From Anaeromyxobacteraceae bacterium (GTDB lineage Bacteria; Myxococcota; Myxococcia; Myxococcales; Anaeromyxobacteraceae): 64,000 bases of DNA. Shown here in pieces: positions 1 to 9,502 of the stretch; position 1 is the first letter of the stretch; each line of letters opens with the position of its first letter. The translations under genes and the position numbers were made by a program. Where the stretch lies: NCBI GenBank assembly GCA_047602405.1, contig JASGHJ010000001.1:1280001-1344000 (forward strand), read 5' to 3'. The notes under the pieces were generated by a model. That model saw nothing but the letters and a program-made list of their open reading frames with translations. It was not told where the DNA came from and ran no database searches.

Positions 1-146
1 TCGGCCAGCTCCGCCGAGAACTTCTTCTCGGCGGCGAAGTCGGCCCGGAGGGCCTGCGCGAGCCGGTCGGCGACGAGGAAGCCGACGTTGTGGCGCGTGC
101 GTGCGTACTCCGGACCGACGTTGCCGAGGCCGACGACGAGCTTCAA
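1..146 (-). CDS. pth: Peptidyl-tRNA hydrolase (5' part; runs off window)
   Basis: Manual minus-strand translation from TTG at 146 gives [27 protein letters not shown], the Pth N-terminal GLGN/TRHNxGF motifs; directly follows rplY. Confidence 0.93.
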   Translation of the reverse strand, partial: MKLVVGLGNVGPEYARTRHNVGFLVADRLAQALRADFAAEKKFSAELA

Positions 147-154
147 GGGGACCT

Positions 155-895
155 CTACTTCTTCCCCTTGTCGCCGCCCTTCGCGGCCGGAGCCGCGGCG
201 GCGGGAGCGCCACCCTTCGCCGGAGCGGCACCCGCGGCGGCCGGAGCAGCGCCGGCGGCGGGAGCGGCACCCGCGGCACCCGGAGCGGCGGCGGCGGCAC
301 CCTCGGCACCCGGAACCGCGGCGACCGGAGCGACGACCTCCTCCTTCTCGGGCACCGACACGAAGACGACCACGTAGTCGGTGGAGTACTTGAACTTGCA
401 GCCCTCGGGGGCCTTGAGCTCGGAGATGTGGAGCGACGAGCCGATCTTGATCGGCGTGACGTCCACCTCGATCTTCGCCGGGATCTTGGTCGGGAGCGCC
501 TCGAGCACGATCTCGTGCGCGGCGATCGACATGATGCCGCCCGCGGCGACGCCCTCGGCGCGGCCCGTCGTGACGACGGGGACCGAGACCTTCACCGGCT
601 TGTCGAGCGCGACCTCGAGGAAGTCCGCGTGGAGCAGCTCGCGGGAGACCGGATCGACCGCCCAGTCCTTGAAGAGGACGTGCTTCTCGGCGGCGTCGGT
701 CTTCAGCGTGAGCAGCGTGTTGAACTTGTTCGGCGTCTCGAGCGCCGCCATCAGCGCCTTCGGATCGACCGAGAGGTGCGTCGGGGTGGCCTTGCCGCCG
801 TAGACGACGGCGGGGATGAGGCCCTTCTGACGGAGGCGACGAGCGGGGCCCTTGCCCTTCTCGGTGCGGGGCTGCGCGGTGAGGACGTTCGACAT
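155..895 (-). CDS. rplY: 50S ribosomal protein L25 / general stress protein Ctc, with Ala/Gly/Pro-rich C-terminal tail
   Basis: [15 protein letters not shown] and LLHADF motifs; prs-rplY-pth order. Confidence 0.96.
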   Translation of the reverse strand: MSNVLTAQPRTEKGKGPARRLRQKGLIPAVVYGGKATPTHLSVDPKALMAALETPNKFNTLLTLKTDAAEKHVLFKDWAVDPVSRELLHADFLEVALDKPVKVSVPVVTTGRAEGVAAGGIMSIAAHEIVLEALPTKIPAKIEVDVTPIKIGSSLHISELKAPEGCKFKYSTDYVVVFVSVPEKEEVVAPVAAVPGAEGAAAAAPGAAGAAPAAGAAPAAAGAAPAKGGAPAAAAPAAKGGDKGKK

Positions 896-1052
896 GGCTC
901 TCTCTCCCAGTGGACTCGCCTTCCGCTGCGTGCGGATTCGAGGGGCCGGTTCGATGAGCTACCCGGTCCTGGGTGGCGTGCTGTGTGGTTTCTACAGCAG
1001 GGTTGTTTGCTGCATTGACGAGGCCCGACAGCCGGACCCCGAGGAACGCGGG

Positions 1053-1081
1053 TTTCTAGGGGAAACCCCTGGATTTGTCAA
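1053..1081 (-). promoter_or_regulatory. Putative sigma70 promoter for rplY-pth
   Basis: Minus strand TTGACA (1081-1076), 17-nt spacer, TAGAAA (1058-1053). Confidence 0.65.
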
Positions 1082-1094
1082 CCCTTGGATCGGC

Positions 1095-1113
1095 CCGGGG
1101 GCGAACCCCCTGG
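1095..1113 (-). terminator. GC hairpin with UUCG loop just downstream of prs (possible terminator or stability hairpin)
   Basis: Minus strand GGGGG-TTCG-CCCCC about 13 nt after the prs stop; no clear U-tract. Confidence 0.35.
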
Positions 1114-1123
1114 ATCCGCTCAC

Positions 1124-2101
1124 CTACACGAACAGGCTCGACAGCGAGTCCGCCGAGTGGATCCGGCGGATCGCCTCGGCGAGCAGGCTCGCCACCGTGA
1201 GCTGGCGGATCTTCCGGCAGGCGGCGGCCTCGGGGCGGAGCGGGATCGAGTCGGTCACGACGACCTCGTCGATCGGGCTCTTCGTGATCCGCTCGGCCGC
1301 GGGGCCGGAGAACACGCCGTGCGTCGCGTAGGCGAAGACCTTCGTGGCGCCGTTGTCGACGAGCGCGTTCGCCGCCTGGGTGAGCGTGCCGGCGGTGTCG
1401 ATCATGTCGTCGAGCAGGATGGCCTGCTTGCCGCGCACGTCGCCGATCACGTTCATGATCTCCGCGACGTTCGGCTTCGTGCGCCGCTTGTCGACGATGG
1501 CGAGGCCGCAGCTCAGCCGCTTCGAGTACGCGCGGGCGCGCTCCACGCCGCCGGCGTCCGGCGAGACCACGATGATGTCCTGGCCCGCGCCCTCGAACCG
1601 CTTCTTCATCTCCCCGAGCAGCACCGGCGCCGCGTAGAGGTGGTCGAACGGGATGTTGAAGAAGCCCTGGATCTGGCCGGCGTGCATGTCCATCGACACG
1701 ACGCGGGTCGCGCCGGCGGCCTCGAGGAGGTCGGCCACGAGCTTCGCGGTGATGGGCGCGCGGGAGGCGACCTTCCGGTCCTGGCGGGCGTAGCCGTAGT
1801 AGGGGAGCACCGCGGTGATGGAGCCCGACGAGGCGCGCTTCAGCGCGTCGATCAGGATCAGGAGCTCCATGATGTTCGCGTTCGCGTCCGAGCAGGTGGA
1901 CTGGATCACGAAGGAGTCGAGGCCGCGGACGTTGTCGGAGATCTCGACCTGGATCTCGCCGTCGGAGAAGCGGCCCACGGTGGCGCGCGCGAGCGGCCGC
2001 TCGAGGTCCTTGCAGATCGCCTCGGCGAGCGGCTTGTTCGAGTTGCCGGTGAAGATCCGGTAGTCGCGGTGCCCGCTGCCGTTGCCGTTCCTGTAGTCCA
2101 T
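1124..2101 (-). CDS. prs: Ribose-phosphate pyrophosphokinase
   Basis: [22 protein letters not shown] and DDMIDTAGT motifs; start placed at ATG 2101 after a GGAG SD. Confidence 0.97.
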   Translation of the reverse strand: MDYRNGNGSGHRDYRIFTGNSNKPLAEAICKDLERPLARATVGRFSDGEIQVEISDNVRGLDSFVIQSTCSDANANIMELLILIDALKRASSGSITAVLPYYGYARQDRKVASRAPITAKLVADLLEAAGATRVVSMDMHAGQIQGFFNIPFDHLYAAPVLLGEMKKRFEGAGQDIIVVSPDAGGVERARAYSKRLSCGLAIVDKRRTKPNVAEIMNVIGDVRGKQAILLDDMIDTAGTLTQAANALVDNGATKVFAYATHGVFSGPAAERITKSPIDEVVVTDSIPLRPEAAACRKIRQLTVASLLAEAIRRIHSADSLSSLFV

Positions 2102-2310
2102 GCCTGCTCCCGGGTCTGGGGCCGCCGAGGCCGTCGCGAAGGCGTCACTCATACTCCATCCCTCCGACGCCGACACGGGTCGCGGGTCCCGCTCCCACGA
2201 GCGGGCGAGCAGGCGGACCTGGGGTGCGAGCGGGCGCCTGATCCAGGTCAGGCGAGGGGCCGCAAGCGTTCGTTACGTGGGCCGCGGCGGGGGCACTCGT
2301 CCGCGCGGCG

Positions 2311-2628
2311 CTACTCCTCGGCGAGGGACTCGGTCCCCGTGGGCCGGGGCCCGGCGGCGGCGGCGGCGCCGCCCTTGCGCATCTCGCGCTCGTACTCGGC
2401 CAGGATCTGCCGCTCCATCTTCTCGCGGGTGTCCGAGTTGAGCGGGTGCGCGATGTCCTTGAAGGTGCCGTCCTTGCGCCGCTTGGCCGGCATCGCGATG
2501 AAGAGGCCGGTGTTGCCGTGGATCACCTTGAGGTCGCGGATCACGAAGCAGTGGTCGAGCGTGATCGTGACGTAGGCCTTCAGCTTCTCCTCGTTGACGG
2601 GGAAGACGCGGACCTCGGTGATCTCCAC
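2311..2628 (-). CDS. spoVG: SpoVG family nucleic-acid-binding regulator
   Basis: MEITEVRVFPVNEEKLKAYVTITLDHCFVIRDLKVI...LFIAMP...FKDIAHP; GTG start at 2628 with GGGGTG SD. Confidence 0.93.
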   Translation of the reverse strand: MEITEVRVFPVNEEKLKAYVTITLDHCFVIRDLKVIHGNTGLFIAMPAKRRKDGTFKDIAHPLNSDTREKMERQILAEYEREMRKGGAAAAAGPRPTGTESLAEE

Positions 2629-3494
2629 GATGTCACCCCCGGTTGCCGTGAGACCGTCCGCGCGACGAGCACCCGCACCGCGCGGCCGGCCTCCTTCGAG
2701 ATGATCGTCGCCGCCTTGGAGGCGGAGCGCCGATCGTCGAAGACTCCGAAGACGGTAGGGCCGCTGCCGCTCATCATAACAGCCGCCGCACCGGCGCCGC
2801 TCAGGCGGCGCAGGAACCCCTCTAGGACGGGCCGCTGCTCGAGGCACGGCGGCTCGAGGTCGTTCCCCAGCAGGGACCTGCCGAACGGACGAGGGCGGGG
2901 CAGGCCCGGCACCTTCCGTCCTTGCCGCGAGGCGTCGAGCCACCGGTAGGCCTCGCCTGCACGGATTCCGAGCGTTGGATCCTCCGGGAAGAGCAGCACC
3001 AGGTGCTGGACCGGCACCTTGGCAGGGCGCAGCCGCTCGCCCTGGCCACGGGCCCAGGCGGGGCCCTCGCCCAGGAAGAAGGGCACGTCGGAGCCGACCT
3101 CGAGCGCGAGCCGCGCGAGCGTCCGGTCGTCCTTCACGCGGAACGCGCGGGCGAGGCACCGGAGCACCGCCGCCGCGTCGGACGAGCCGCCGCCGAGCCC
3201 CGCGGTCACCGGGATGCGCTTCACGATCCGGATCGCGATCGCGCGGTCGACGCCGAACGCCGCCTTGAACTTCTCGGCCGCGCGCGCGGCGAGGTTCCCG
3301 GCCCCGTCGAGCTCCGGGCGGCCGGGCACCTTGCAGGTGACCGGGCCAGCCCGGCTGCCGATGCGCACCTCCACGGGGTCGCCGAGATCGAGCGGCACCA
3401 TGAGCGACGCGATGTCGTGGAAGCCGTCGGCGCGGAGGGCGCCGACGCGGAGGACGAGGTTCACCTTGGCGGGGGCGACGGTCACGAAGCGCAC
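2580..3494 (-). CDS. ispE: 4-diphosphocytidyl-2-C-methyl-D-erythritol kinase
   Basis: APAKVNLVL, KRIPVTAGLGGGSSDAA, GSDVPFF and MMSGSGPTVF GHMP-kinase motifs; GTG start at 3494. Confidence 0.95.
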   Translation of the reverse strand: MRFVTVAPAKVNLVLRVGALRADGFHDIASLMVPLDLGDPVEVRIGSRAGPVTCKVPGRPELDGAGNLAARAAEKFKAAFGVDRAIAIRIVKRIPVTAGLGGGSSDAAAVLRCLARAFRVKDDRTLARLALEVGSDVPFFLGEGPAWARGQGERLRPAKVPVQHLVLLFPEDPTLGIRAGEAYRWLDASRQGRKVPGLPRPRPFGRSLLGNDLEPPCLEQRPVLEGFLRRLSGAGAAAVMMSGSGPTVFGVFDDRRSASKAATIISKEAGRAVRVLVARTVSRQPGVTSWRSPRSASSPSTRRS

Positions 3495-3624
3495 GGCCGG
3501 GGCTCTAGCACGCTGGGTCGTGCGACGCGAGGTCCGTGGATTCCGCGTCCGCTCGGACGCAGGATGCGCGTCCTTCTTCCGGCCCGACTCTCCCGGACCG
3601 ACCACCACAGGAGCAAACCCAGCC

Positions 3625-3945
3625 ATGACGAAGAAGCTCGCAGCGTTCGCACTCCTCGCCGTCCTCTCCGCGTGCCGGTCCGCCTTCATGGAGGAGCCGG
3701 TCACCCGCCTGTCCGCCCCGCCGGCGGCGCAGCTCGCGGCCACCGTCTCCGCCGCGACCGAGCTCCGCCGCGCGCCGTCCGCGGACGCCGCCTCCTCCGG
3801 TCCGGTCGAGGCCGGCGCGCAGGTCCAGGTCTCGCAGGAGGTCGTGCACGGCTTCCGCCGCGTGAAGCTCGCGGACGGCAAGACCGGCTACGTCGACGCG
3901 AAGGCCCTCTCCGTCCAGGGGGCTCCCGCCGGCGCGTCGAAGTAG
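3625..3945 (+). CDS. Small lipoprotein with SH3-like domain
   Basis: Signal peptide with lipobox LSAC; ELRRAPSADA...GFRRVKLADGKTGYV resembles a bacterial SH3 domain. Confidence 0.7.
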   Translation: MTKKLAAFALLAVLSACRSAFMEEPVTRLSAPPAAQLAATVSAATELRRAPSADAASSGPVEAGAQVQVSQEVVHGFRRVKLADGKTGYVDAKALSVQGAPAGASK

Positions 3946-3997
3946 GTCACCTTGCCCGTGGCCAGGGGGGCGGGGGTGTGCTCTACACTCCCGCCCC

Positions 3998-4813
3998 ATG
4001 CGCGACCGGGCCTACGACAGCGTCCCCTTCAGGTTCTCGGAGCTCGAGCACAAGTACGGCTCGAACGTCCACGTCCTCGCGAACCCGCTCCTCCTCTGGC
4101 AGCTCGCGAACCTCTGCTCGAAGGAGACGAAGCAGCCCGAGGTGAACCGGCTCGTCCGGTCCATCTACGACCACCTCATCCGGACGGTCATCGCCGCCGA
4201 GTTCCCGCGGCGCCGGGTGGCGGTGCCCACCCGCATGATCGACTCCTCGCCCCGCGCCATCTTCGAGGGTGAGGTCGTCGACAAGGACGTGCGCGCGGTG
4301 ACGGTGAACATCGCCCGCGCCGGCGCGATCCCGTCGCAGGTCGCCTACGATCTCCTCAACGAGGTCCTCGACCCGCAGCTCGTCCGCCAGGACCACATCA
4401 TCATGAGCCGCATGCTCGCCGAGGATCACCACGTCGTCGGCGCCGGCATCGGCGGCATGAAGATCGGCGGCGACGTCGACGGGGCCTTCCTGCTCTTCCC
4501 GGATCCGATGGGCGCGACGGGCGGCTCGCTCGCGACCGCCATCTCGACCTACAAGGACAAGGTGCCGGGCAAGGCGAAGAAGATCGTCAACATCCACCTC
4601 ATCGTCACGCCCGAGTACGTGAAGAACATGACGACGACGCACCCCGAGGTGGTCATCTACGCCGCCCGCCTCGACCGCGGCCTCTCGGCGCCCGACGTGC
4701 TCGACACCGTGCCCGGCACCCGCTGGGACGAGGAGCGCGGCCTCGACGAGCGCCAGTACATCGTGCCGGGCGGCGGCGGCCTCGGCGAGCTCATGAACAA
4801 CGCGTGGGTGTGA
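3998..4813 (+). CDS. upp: Uracil phosphoribosyltransferase-like protein
   Basis: IARAG, PRPP-binding FPDPMGATGGS and C-terminal YIVPGGGGLG motifs. Confidence 0.8.
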   Translation: MRDRAYDSVPFRFSELEHKYGSNVHVLANPLLLWQLANLCSKETKQPEVNRLVRSIYDHLIRTVIAAEFPRRRVAVPTRMIDSSPRAIFEGEVVDKDVRAVTVNIARAGAIPSQVAYDLLNEVLDPQLVRQDHIIMSRMLAEDHHVVGAGIGGMKIGGDVDGAFLLFPDPMGATGGSLATAISTYKDKVPGKAKKIVNIHLIVTPEYVKNMTTTHPEVVIYAARLDRGLSAPDVLDTVPGTRWDEERGLDERQYIVPGGGGLGELMNNAWV

Positions 4814-4815
4814 CG

Positions 4816-5352
4816 ATGAGCGATCTCGCGGCAGGCTACGACGTCCACATCTCCGAGGCGGAGCTCGCGAAGCGCGTGCGCGAGCTCGGCGCGGCCATCA
4901 CCGCCGACTACCGGGGCCAGGAGCTCACGGTGGTGGGTGTCCTGAAGGGGAGCTTCCTCTTCCTGGCCGACCTCGTCCGCGCGATCGACCTGCCCGTGAA
5001 GGTCGACTTCATGGGCATCAGCTCCTACGAGGGCACGAAGTCGACCGGCGTCGTGCGGGTGACCTCCGACCTCTCGCGGCCGGTGACCGGGCAGCACCTC
5101 CTGCTCGTCGAGGACATCGTCGACACCGGCCTGACCGTGAGCTACCTGCTCGAGAACCTCACCACCCGCCACCCGGCGAGCGTGAAGGTCGCGGCGCTGC
5201 TCGAGAAGCCCGCCCGCGCCAAGGTGAAGGTCCCGATCGCGTACCGCGGCTTCGAGATCCCGGACGTGTTCGTGGTGGGTTACGGGCTCGACCACGACGG
5301 CGTGGGTCGCAACCTGCCGTTCGTGGGAGTGCCGAAGGCGGCCGGGCGTTAA
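4816..5352 (+). CDS. hpt: Hypoxanthine phosphoribosyltransferase
   Basis: VGVLKGSFLF, LLVEDIVDTGLT and FVVGYGLD motifs. Confidence 0.95.
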   Translation: MSDLAAGYDVHISEAELAKRVRELGAAITADYRGQELTVVGVLKGSFLFLADLVRAIDLPVKVDFMGISSYEGTKSTGVVRVTSDLSRPVTGQHLLLVEDIVDTGLTVSYLLENLTTRHPASVKVAALLEKPARAKVKVPIAYRGFEIPDVFVVGYGLDHDGVGRNLPFVGVPKAAGR

Positions 5353-5388
5353 GCTCCCGTCAGGCTCCCGCTCTCACGGAGATTCCGC

Positions 5389-6150
5389 GTGGCCGAAGAC
5401 TACAGGCAGAGGGGCAGCATCCGCACGCTGCTCGGGGCGCTCGTCATCCTCGCGCTCATCGCCGCGGTGGTGATGCTGCTCTCCGAGCGCAACCAGCGCA
5501 CCTGGTACCTCGTGCCGGACGAGGGCCGCCTCGTCGTCATGCACGGGACGAAGCTGCCCTTCGGGCGCGAGGCCTACACGCCGGTCGAGCCCGAGCTCCA
5601 GCAGGCCTACGCGCCGGTGGTGCCGCCGCCGGGCGCGACGCTCCCGCCCGAGAAGAGCTTCGACGAGCGCGCGCTCCTCGACCAGGCGCTCTTCACGGTG
5701 GTCGAGGGGTGGGCCCGCGGCGACGTCGACAGCGGCGTGAAGGAGCGGCTCGCGCGCGGCATCGAGTACCTGAAGCGCGCCGAGCGCCTGCCCGGCCTCT
5801 CCGCCGAGCAGCACCAGGCGCTCCTCGCGCTCCGCGCCGAGTCCGGCTTCTTCGAGGCGCAGGGGTTGCTCGAGCGGGCGGCGGGCGACCTCCGCGGCGC
5901 GACCGAGCGGCTCCGCGCGGCCGCCGGCTCGCGGTCGCCGCACGCCGCCGACGCGCGGCTCCTGCTGAAGGAGCTCGAGCCGGCGGTCGACTCGGTGCTC
6001 ACCGCGGTCCGGCAGGGCCCGCGGCCCGTCGTGCCCCCCGGGGCCTCCCCGACCTCGGGCGCCCCCGCGGCGGACGGCGCAGTCGAATCGCCCCGCCCGG
6101 AGGCCCCTGCGACGGGTGGGGCCCCGCCGGCCCCCGCCGCGAAGCCCTGA
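5389..6150 (+). CDS. Hypothetical membrane-anchored protein
   Basis: N-terminal TM helix, helical body and Pro/Ala-rich tail; coding-like GC3 bias. Confidence 0.7.
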   Translation: MAEDYRQRGSIRTLLGALVILALIAAVVMLLSERNQRTWYLVPDEGRLVVMHGTKLPFGREAYTPVEPELQQAYAPVVPPPGATLPPEKSFDERALLDQALFTVVEGWARGDVDSGVKERLARGIEYLKRAERLPGLSAEQHQALLALRAESGFFEAQGLLERAAGDLRGATERLRAAAGSRSPHAADARLLLKELEPAVDSVLTAVRQGPRPVVPPGASPTSGAPAADGAVESPRPEAPATGGAPPAPAAKP

Positions 6151-6213
6151 TCCGCGGGCGATAGCACTTACCGTTTCACTCCGGCCGCCGGGGGCGGTGT
6201 AACATCGCCCGCG

Positions 6214-8679
6214 ATGTCCTCCTTCCACGCGCGGAACGGCGCGGGCGAACTGCTCGCGCGCTACTCCTTCCTCGAGCCCCTCCTCGCCGGCAAGCGGGTG
6301 CTCGAGATCGGCGCCGCGGCGGTGACGGGTGGGCAGAGCGCGCTCCTCCTCGCCGAGCGCGGCGCCGCGGCGGTGCTCTCCATCGAGCCGCCCGGTACCG
6401 ACCTCCGGCCGGCGCGCGAGGCGGGGCACCACCCGTTCGTGCAGTTCAAGGACATCCGGCTCGAGGAGCTGCGCCCCGGGACGTTCGATCTCGTGCTCTC
6501 GTGGGACGGCGCGCGCTTCGCCGACGAGCCGTCGGAGGTCGTGCGGTACGCGAAGCTGCTCGCGAAGGGCGGCCGGCTCGTCACGGCGATCCCCGCCGAC
6601 GGGCCGGCGCTCGGCGACGCCGCGGGCGATCCCGTCGTGCCGCCCGTGCCCTTCGAGGCCTTCGCCGGCGCGCTCTCGGCCGTCTTCCCCTGGGTCGAGG
6701 TCGCGACGCAGTCGGCGGTGGTGGGCTGGGTGCTCGCGATGGGCGAGCAGGGCCCGGACCCCGAGCTCGGCATGGACGGCACGCTCGCCGGCGACGCGGC
6801 CGCGGCGGCGTACGTGGCCGTGTGCGGCGAGTCGTCGGCGAAGCTCACCGGGCTCCAGCTCGTGGCGCTGCCGTTCGGGCCGCTCGCCGACGCCGCCGCC
6901 GAGGCGGCCGAGCGGTCGGCGTCGCTCGCGGGCGCGCGCGAGGAGATCGTGGCCCTCGCGGGCGAGCGCGACCAGGCGCGGGCGGAGCTCGACGGGCTGC
7001 GACTGGAGCGCGATCAGGCCCGGGCCGAGCGCGAGGCGCTCGCCCAGGAGCGGGACGCGTTGCTCGCCGAGCGGAGCGAGGCGGTCGCCGCGCGGGAGGC
7101 GCTGCTCGTCGAGAAGAACGCGCTCACCGCCGAGCGCGACGCCGCCTCCGCCGAGCTCGACCGGCTGCGCGCCGCGGTCGCGAGCCACGAGGTCGGCCGC
7201 GAGGCGGCCGAGTCCGGCGCGCGCGCTGCGCAGGACGAGGCGGCCCGGCTCCAGGAACAGCTCGCGCAGGCCCAGCAGGCGCAGGCGGAGCTTCAGGCCG
7301 CGCACGACGCGCTCGCCGCGGCCCACGCCGAGGCGCAGCAGGTTCACGCCGAGACGCTGCAGGCGCACGGCGAGCTCCGGACCGCCTTCGCGTCGCTCGA
7401 GGCCTCGCACGCCGAGCAGGGCCAGGCCGGCGCGGCACACGCCGAGCTCGAGGCCGCCCACGCCGAGCTCCGCGCCGCCCACGACGCGCTCGCCGCCGAG
7501 CTCGAGTCGGCCAGGATCGAGCTCGCCGCCGCCCGCGACGACCGGGCGCGTGCGCTCGACGAGCAGTCGGCCGCGACCGCGGCCTGGGAGGCGTCGAGCG
7601 CCGAGCTCGAGAAGCTGCGCGCCGAGGCGGGGCAGCAGGCTGGCCAGGCCGGCGAGGCCGCCGCGCTCCGGGAGGCGCTCGCGCGCGCCGAGGAGGAGCG
7701 CGACCGCGCCCACGCCGAGGCGCAGGCGGTGCGGAGCGGCCACGTGGAGCTCGAGGCCGCGCTGCAGGCCGCCCGGGCCGAGGCCCAGGCCGCGAAGTCC
7801 GGCATGGAGGCCGCGCTGTCGCGCGCCACCTCCGCGGAGTCGCGGCTCGCCGATCTCGAGGAGCAGGTCGAGCAGCACGGGCGCGTGGCCGACCGCGAGG
7901 CCGAGTCGCGGCTCGCCTTCGCCGCCGACGCGGAGTCGGAGAAGCGCCGCGCCACCGACCTCGAGGAGGAGCTCGCCGCCGTCCGCTCCGAGCTGCTCGA
8001 GGCGCGCGCCGATGCGTCGATCGCGCAGCGCGACCTCGAGGCGGCGCGGAACGAGGCCGAGAAGTGGCAGGCCCAGGCCGAGATGCCGCCGGTGCTCGAC
8101 GAGGCGCTGAGCGTCCGCGACCAGGCCCTGCGGGAGCGGGACCAGGCGATGCGCGAGCGCGACCTCGCGGTGCTCGAGGCCGAGCAGCTCGAGGGCCGGC
8201 TGCGCGCCGTCGAGGCGCAGCGCGAGTCGAGCGGCGCCCGGGCCGAGGAGGCCGCGCGGCTCGCCGTCGCGCTCGCCCGCGCCGAGGAGGCCGCGCGCGA
8301 GGCCGAGGGCGTGCGGGAGGGGCTCGAGGCTCAGGTCGCCGAGCTCGGCGCGCGGCTCGAGTCGGAGGAGGAGCGGCTGCAGCTCGCCGAGGCCGCCGCC
8401 ATCGAGGCCCGCACCCGGCTCGAGGTGCTCGAGACCACCGGCGGGCCGGCCCCCGCGACGATCCCCGCGAGCAAGGACGAGCTCGAGCGGGTCCGCGAGG
8501 AGGCCACCACGATGCGCGCCGCGCTCGAGGCGGAGCTCGCCTCCGCGCGCGGCGCCGCCGAGGAGGCCCAGGCGCAGGTCGCCGAGATCGCCGCGGAGCT
8601 GCAGGCGGTGCGCTGGGAGAAGGACGACGTCGAGCAGCGGCTCGCGAAGGCGCAGGGGCTCTCGAGCCGGCCGTCGTAG
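6214..8679 (+). CDS. Methyltransferase-like N-terminal domain fused to a long coiled coil
   Basis: GKRVLEIGAA (degenerate SAM motif I), FDLV, LAKGGRLV; roughly 600 aa of A/E/R/L heptad repeats. Confidence 0.75.
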   Translation: MSSFHARNGAGELLARYSFLEPLLAGKRVLEIGAAAVTGGQSALLLAERGAAAVLSIEPPGTDLRPAREAGHHPFVQFKDIRLEELRPGTFDLVLSWDGARFADEPSEVVRYAKLLAKGGRLVTAIPADGPALGDAAGDPVVPPVPFEAFAGALSAVFPWVEVATQSAVVGWVLAMGEQGPDPELGMDGTLAGDAAAAAYVAVCGESSAKLTGLQLVALPFGPLADAAAEAAERSASLAGAREEIVALAGERDQARAELDGLRLERDQARAEREALAQERDALLAERSEAVAAREALLVEKNALTAERDAASAELDRLRAAVASHEVGREAAESGARAAQDEAARLQEQLAQAQQAQAELQAAHDALAAAHAEAQQVHAETLQAHGELRTAFASLEASHAEQGQAGAAHAELEAAHAELRAAHDALAAELESARIELAAARDDRARALDEQSAATAAWEASSAELEKLRAEAGQQAGQAGEAAALREALARAEEERDRAHAEAQAVRSGHVELEAALQAARAEAQAAKSGMEAALSRATSAESRLADLEEQVEQHGRVADREAESRLAFAADAESEKRRATDLEEELAAVRSELLEARADASIAQRDLEAARNEAEKWQAQAEMPPVLDEALSVRDQALRERDQAMRERDLAVLEAEQLEGRLRAVEAQRESSGARAEEAARLAVALARAEEAAREAEGVREGLEAQVAELGARLESEEERLQLAEAAAIEARTRLEVLETTGGPAPATIPASKDELERVREEATTMRAALEAELASARGAAEEAQAQVAEIAAELQAVRWEKDDVEQRLAKAQGLSSRPS

Positions 8680-8882
8680 CGGGCACATCCCGGAGCGCAG
8701 TTGCGACTGGATCTCGAACGCTTCCGCGGAGAGCGTTGTGGTGCGTCATCGACCCGCCCCTCGCAGGCTCGCGCAGACGTCTGCGGGGTCACCGCCGTTC
8801 ACGGTACGTCACCACGCCACCGCCATCTCGACCGCAGGCACGAACACCCGACGGCAGGCGAGGCACAGGTATGCTGACCCTC

Positions 8883-9384
8883 ATGCCCACGCCCGCCGCC
8901 GCCCGCCGCGCCGTCCTCGTCGCGCTGCCTCTTCGCTGCGACCCTCGGCTGCGATCAGGCGACGAAGCGGATCGCGGTCGAGCGGCTCGTGGAGCGAGAG
9001 CGCCACTCCTACGTCGCCGACTGCGTCCGGCTCGAGCGCGTCCGGAACCCGGGCGCGTTCCTGAGCCTCGGCGCGCGGCTGCCCGACGGCGTGCGCGTCG
9101 CGCTCTTCACCTGGGGCTCGGGCGCGATCGTGCTCCTCGCGCTGGGCGTCGCGCTCTGGCGCGGCGTCTCCACCACGGGCGCGGCCGCCGCGACGCTCAT
9201 CGCGGCCGGCGGCGCGGGAAACCTCTGGGACCGCGTGCAGACCGGCGGCTGGGTCATCGACTTCCTGAACCTCGGCGTGGGCCCGGTGCGGACCGGGATC
9301 TTCAACGTCGCGGACGTCGCGCTGATGGTGGGTGCGGGGCTCCTGATCCTCGCCGGACGGCGGAGGGAACCCGCACGTCCGTGA
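8883..9384 (+). CDS. lspA: Lipoprotein signal peptidase II, with a +1 frameshift near 8928 (probably sequencing error)
   Basis: CDQATK, NPGAFLS, GNLWDR, VIDFL and IFNVADV motifs; the ATG (8871/8883) is in the adjacent frame, and removing one C at 8928-8929 restores the ORF. Confidence 0.85.
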
Positions 9385-9502
9385 GCGCGCGGGCCTCATC
9401 GGTCACCGATCACCCCGACGCGTGGCCCCGAAATCCGTGAGCCCCTCCACCCGTGGTGTAACTTCCGGGGCGTAGGCCGCGGCGGCTCCTTCCCGCGCAG
9501 GA

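Noticed and set aside
2102..2310. tRNA-Gln, which often lies upstream of prs
   Set aside because: Only a 12-nt stretch (minus strand CTCGCACCCCAG, 2219-2230) resembles a tRNA-Gln 3' end; there is no TTCGA T-loop, D-arm or cloverleaf.
5374..9440. Very long antisense and alternate-frame ORFs (for example 5374-8688 minus, 6501-9440 plus; similar ones throughout)
   Set aside because: Shadow ORFs expected at this GC content; Arg/Pro/Gly-rich, no motifs, and overlapping well-supported genes.
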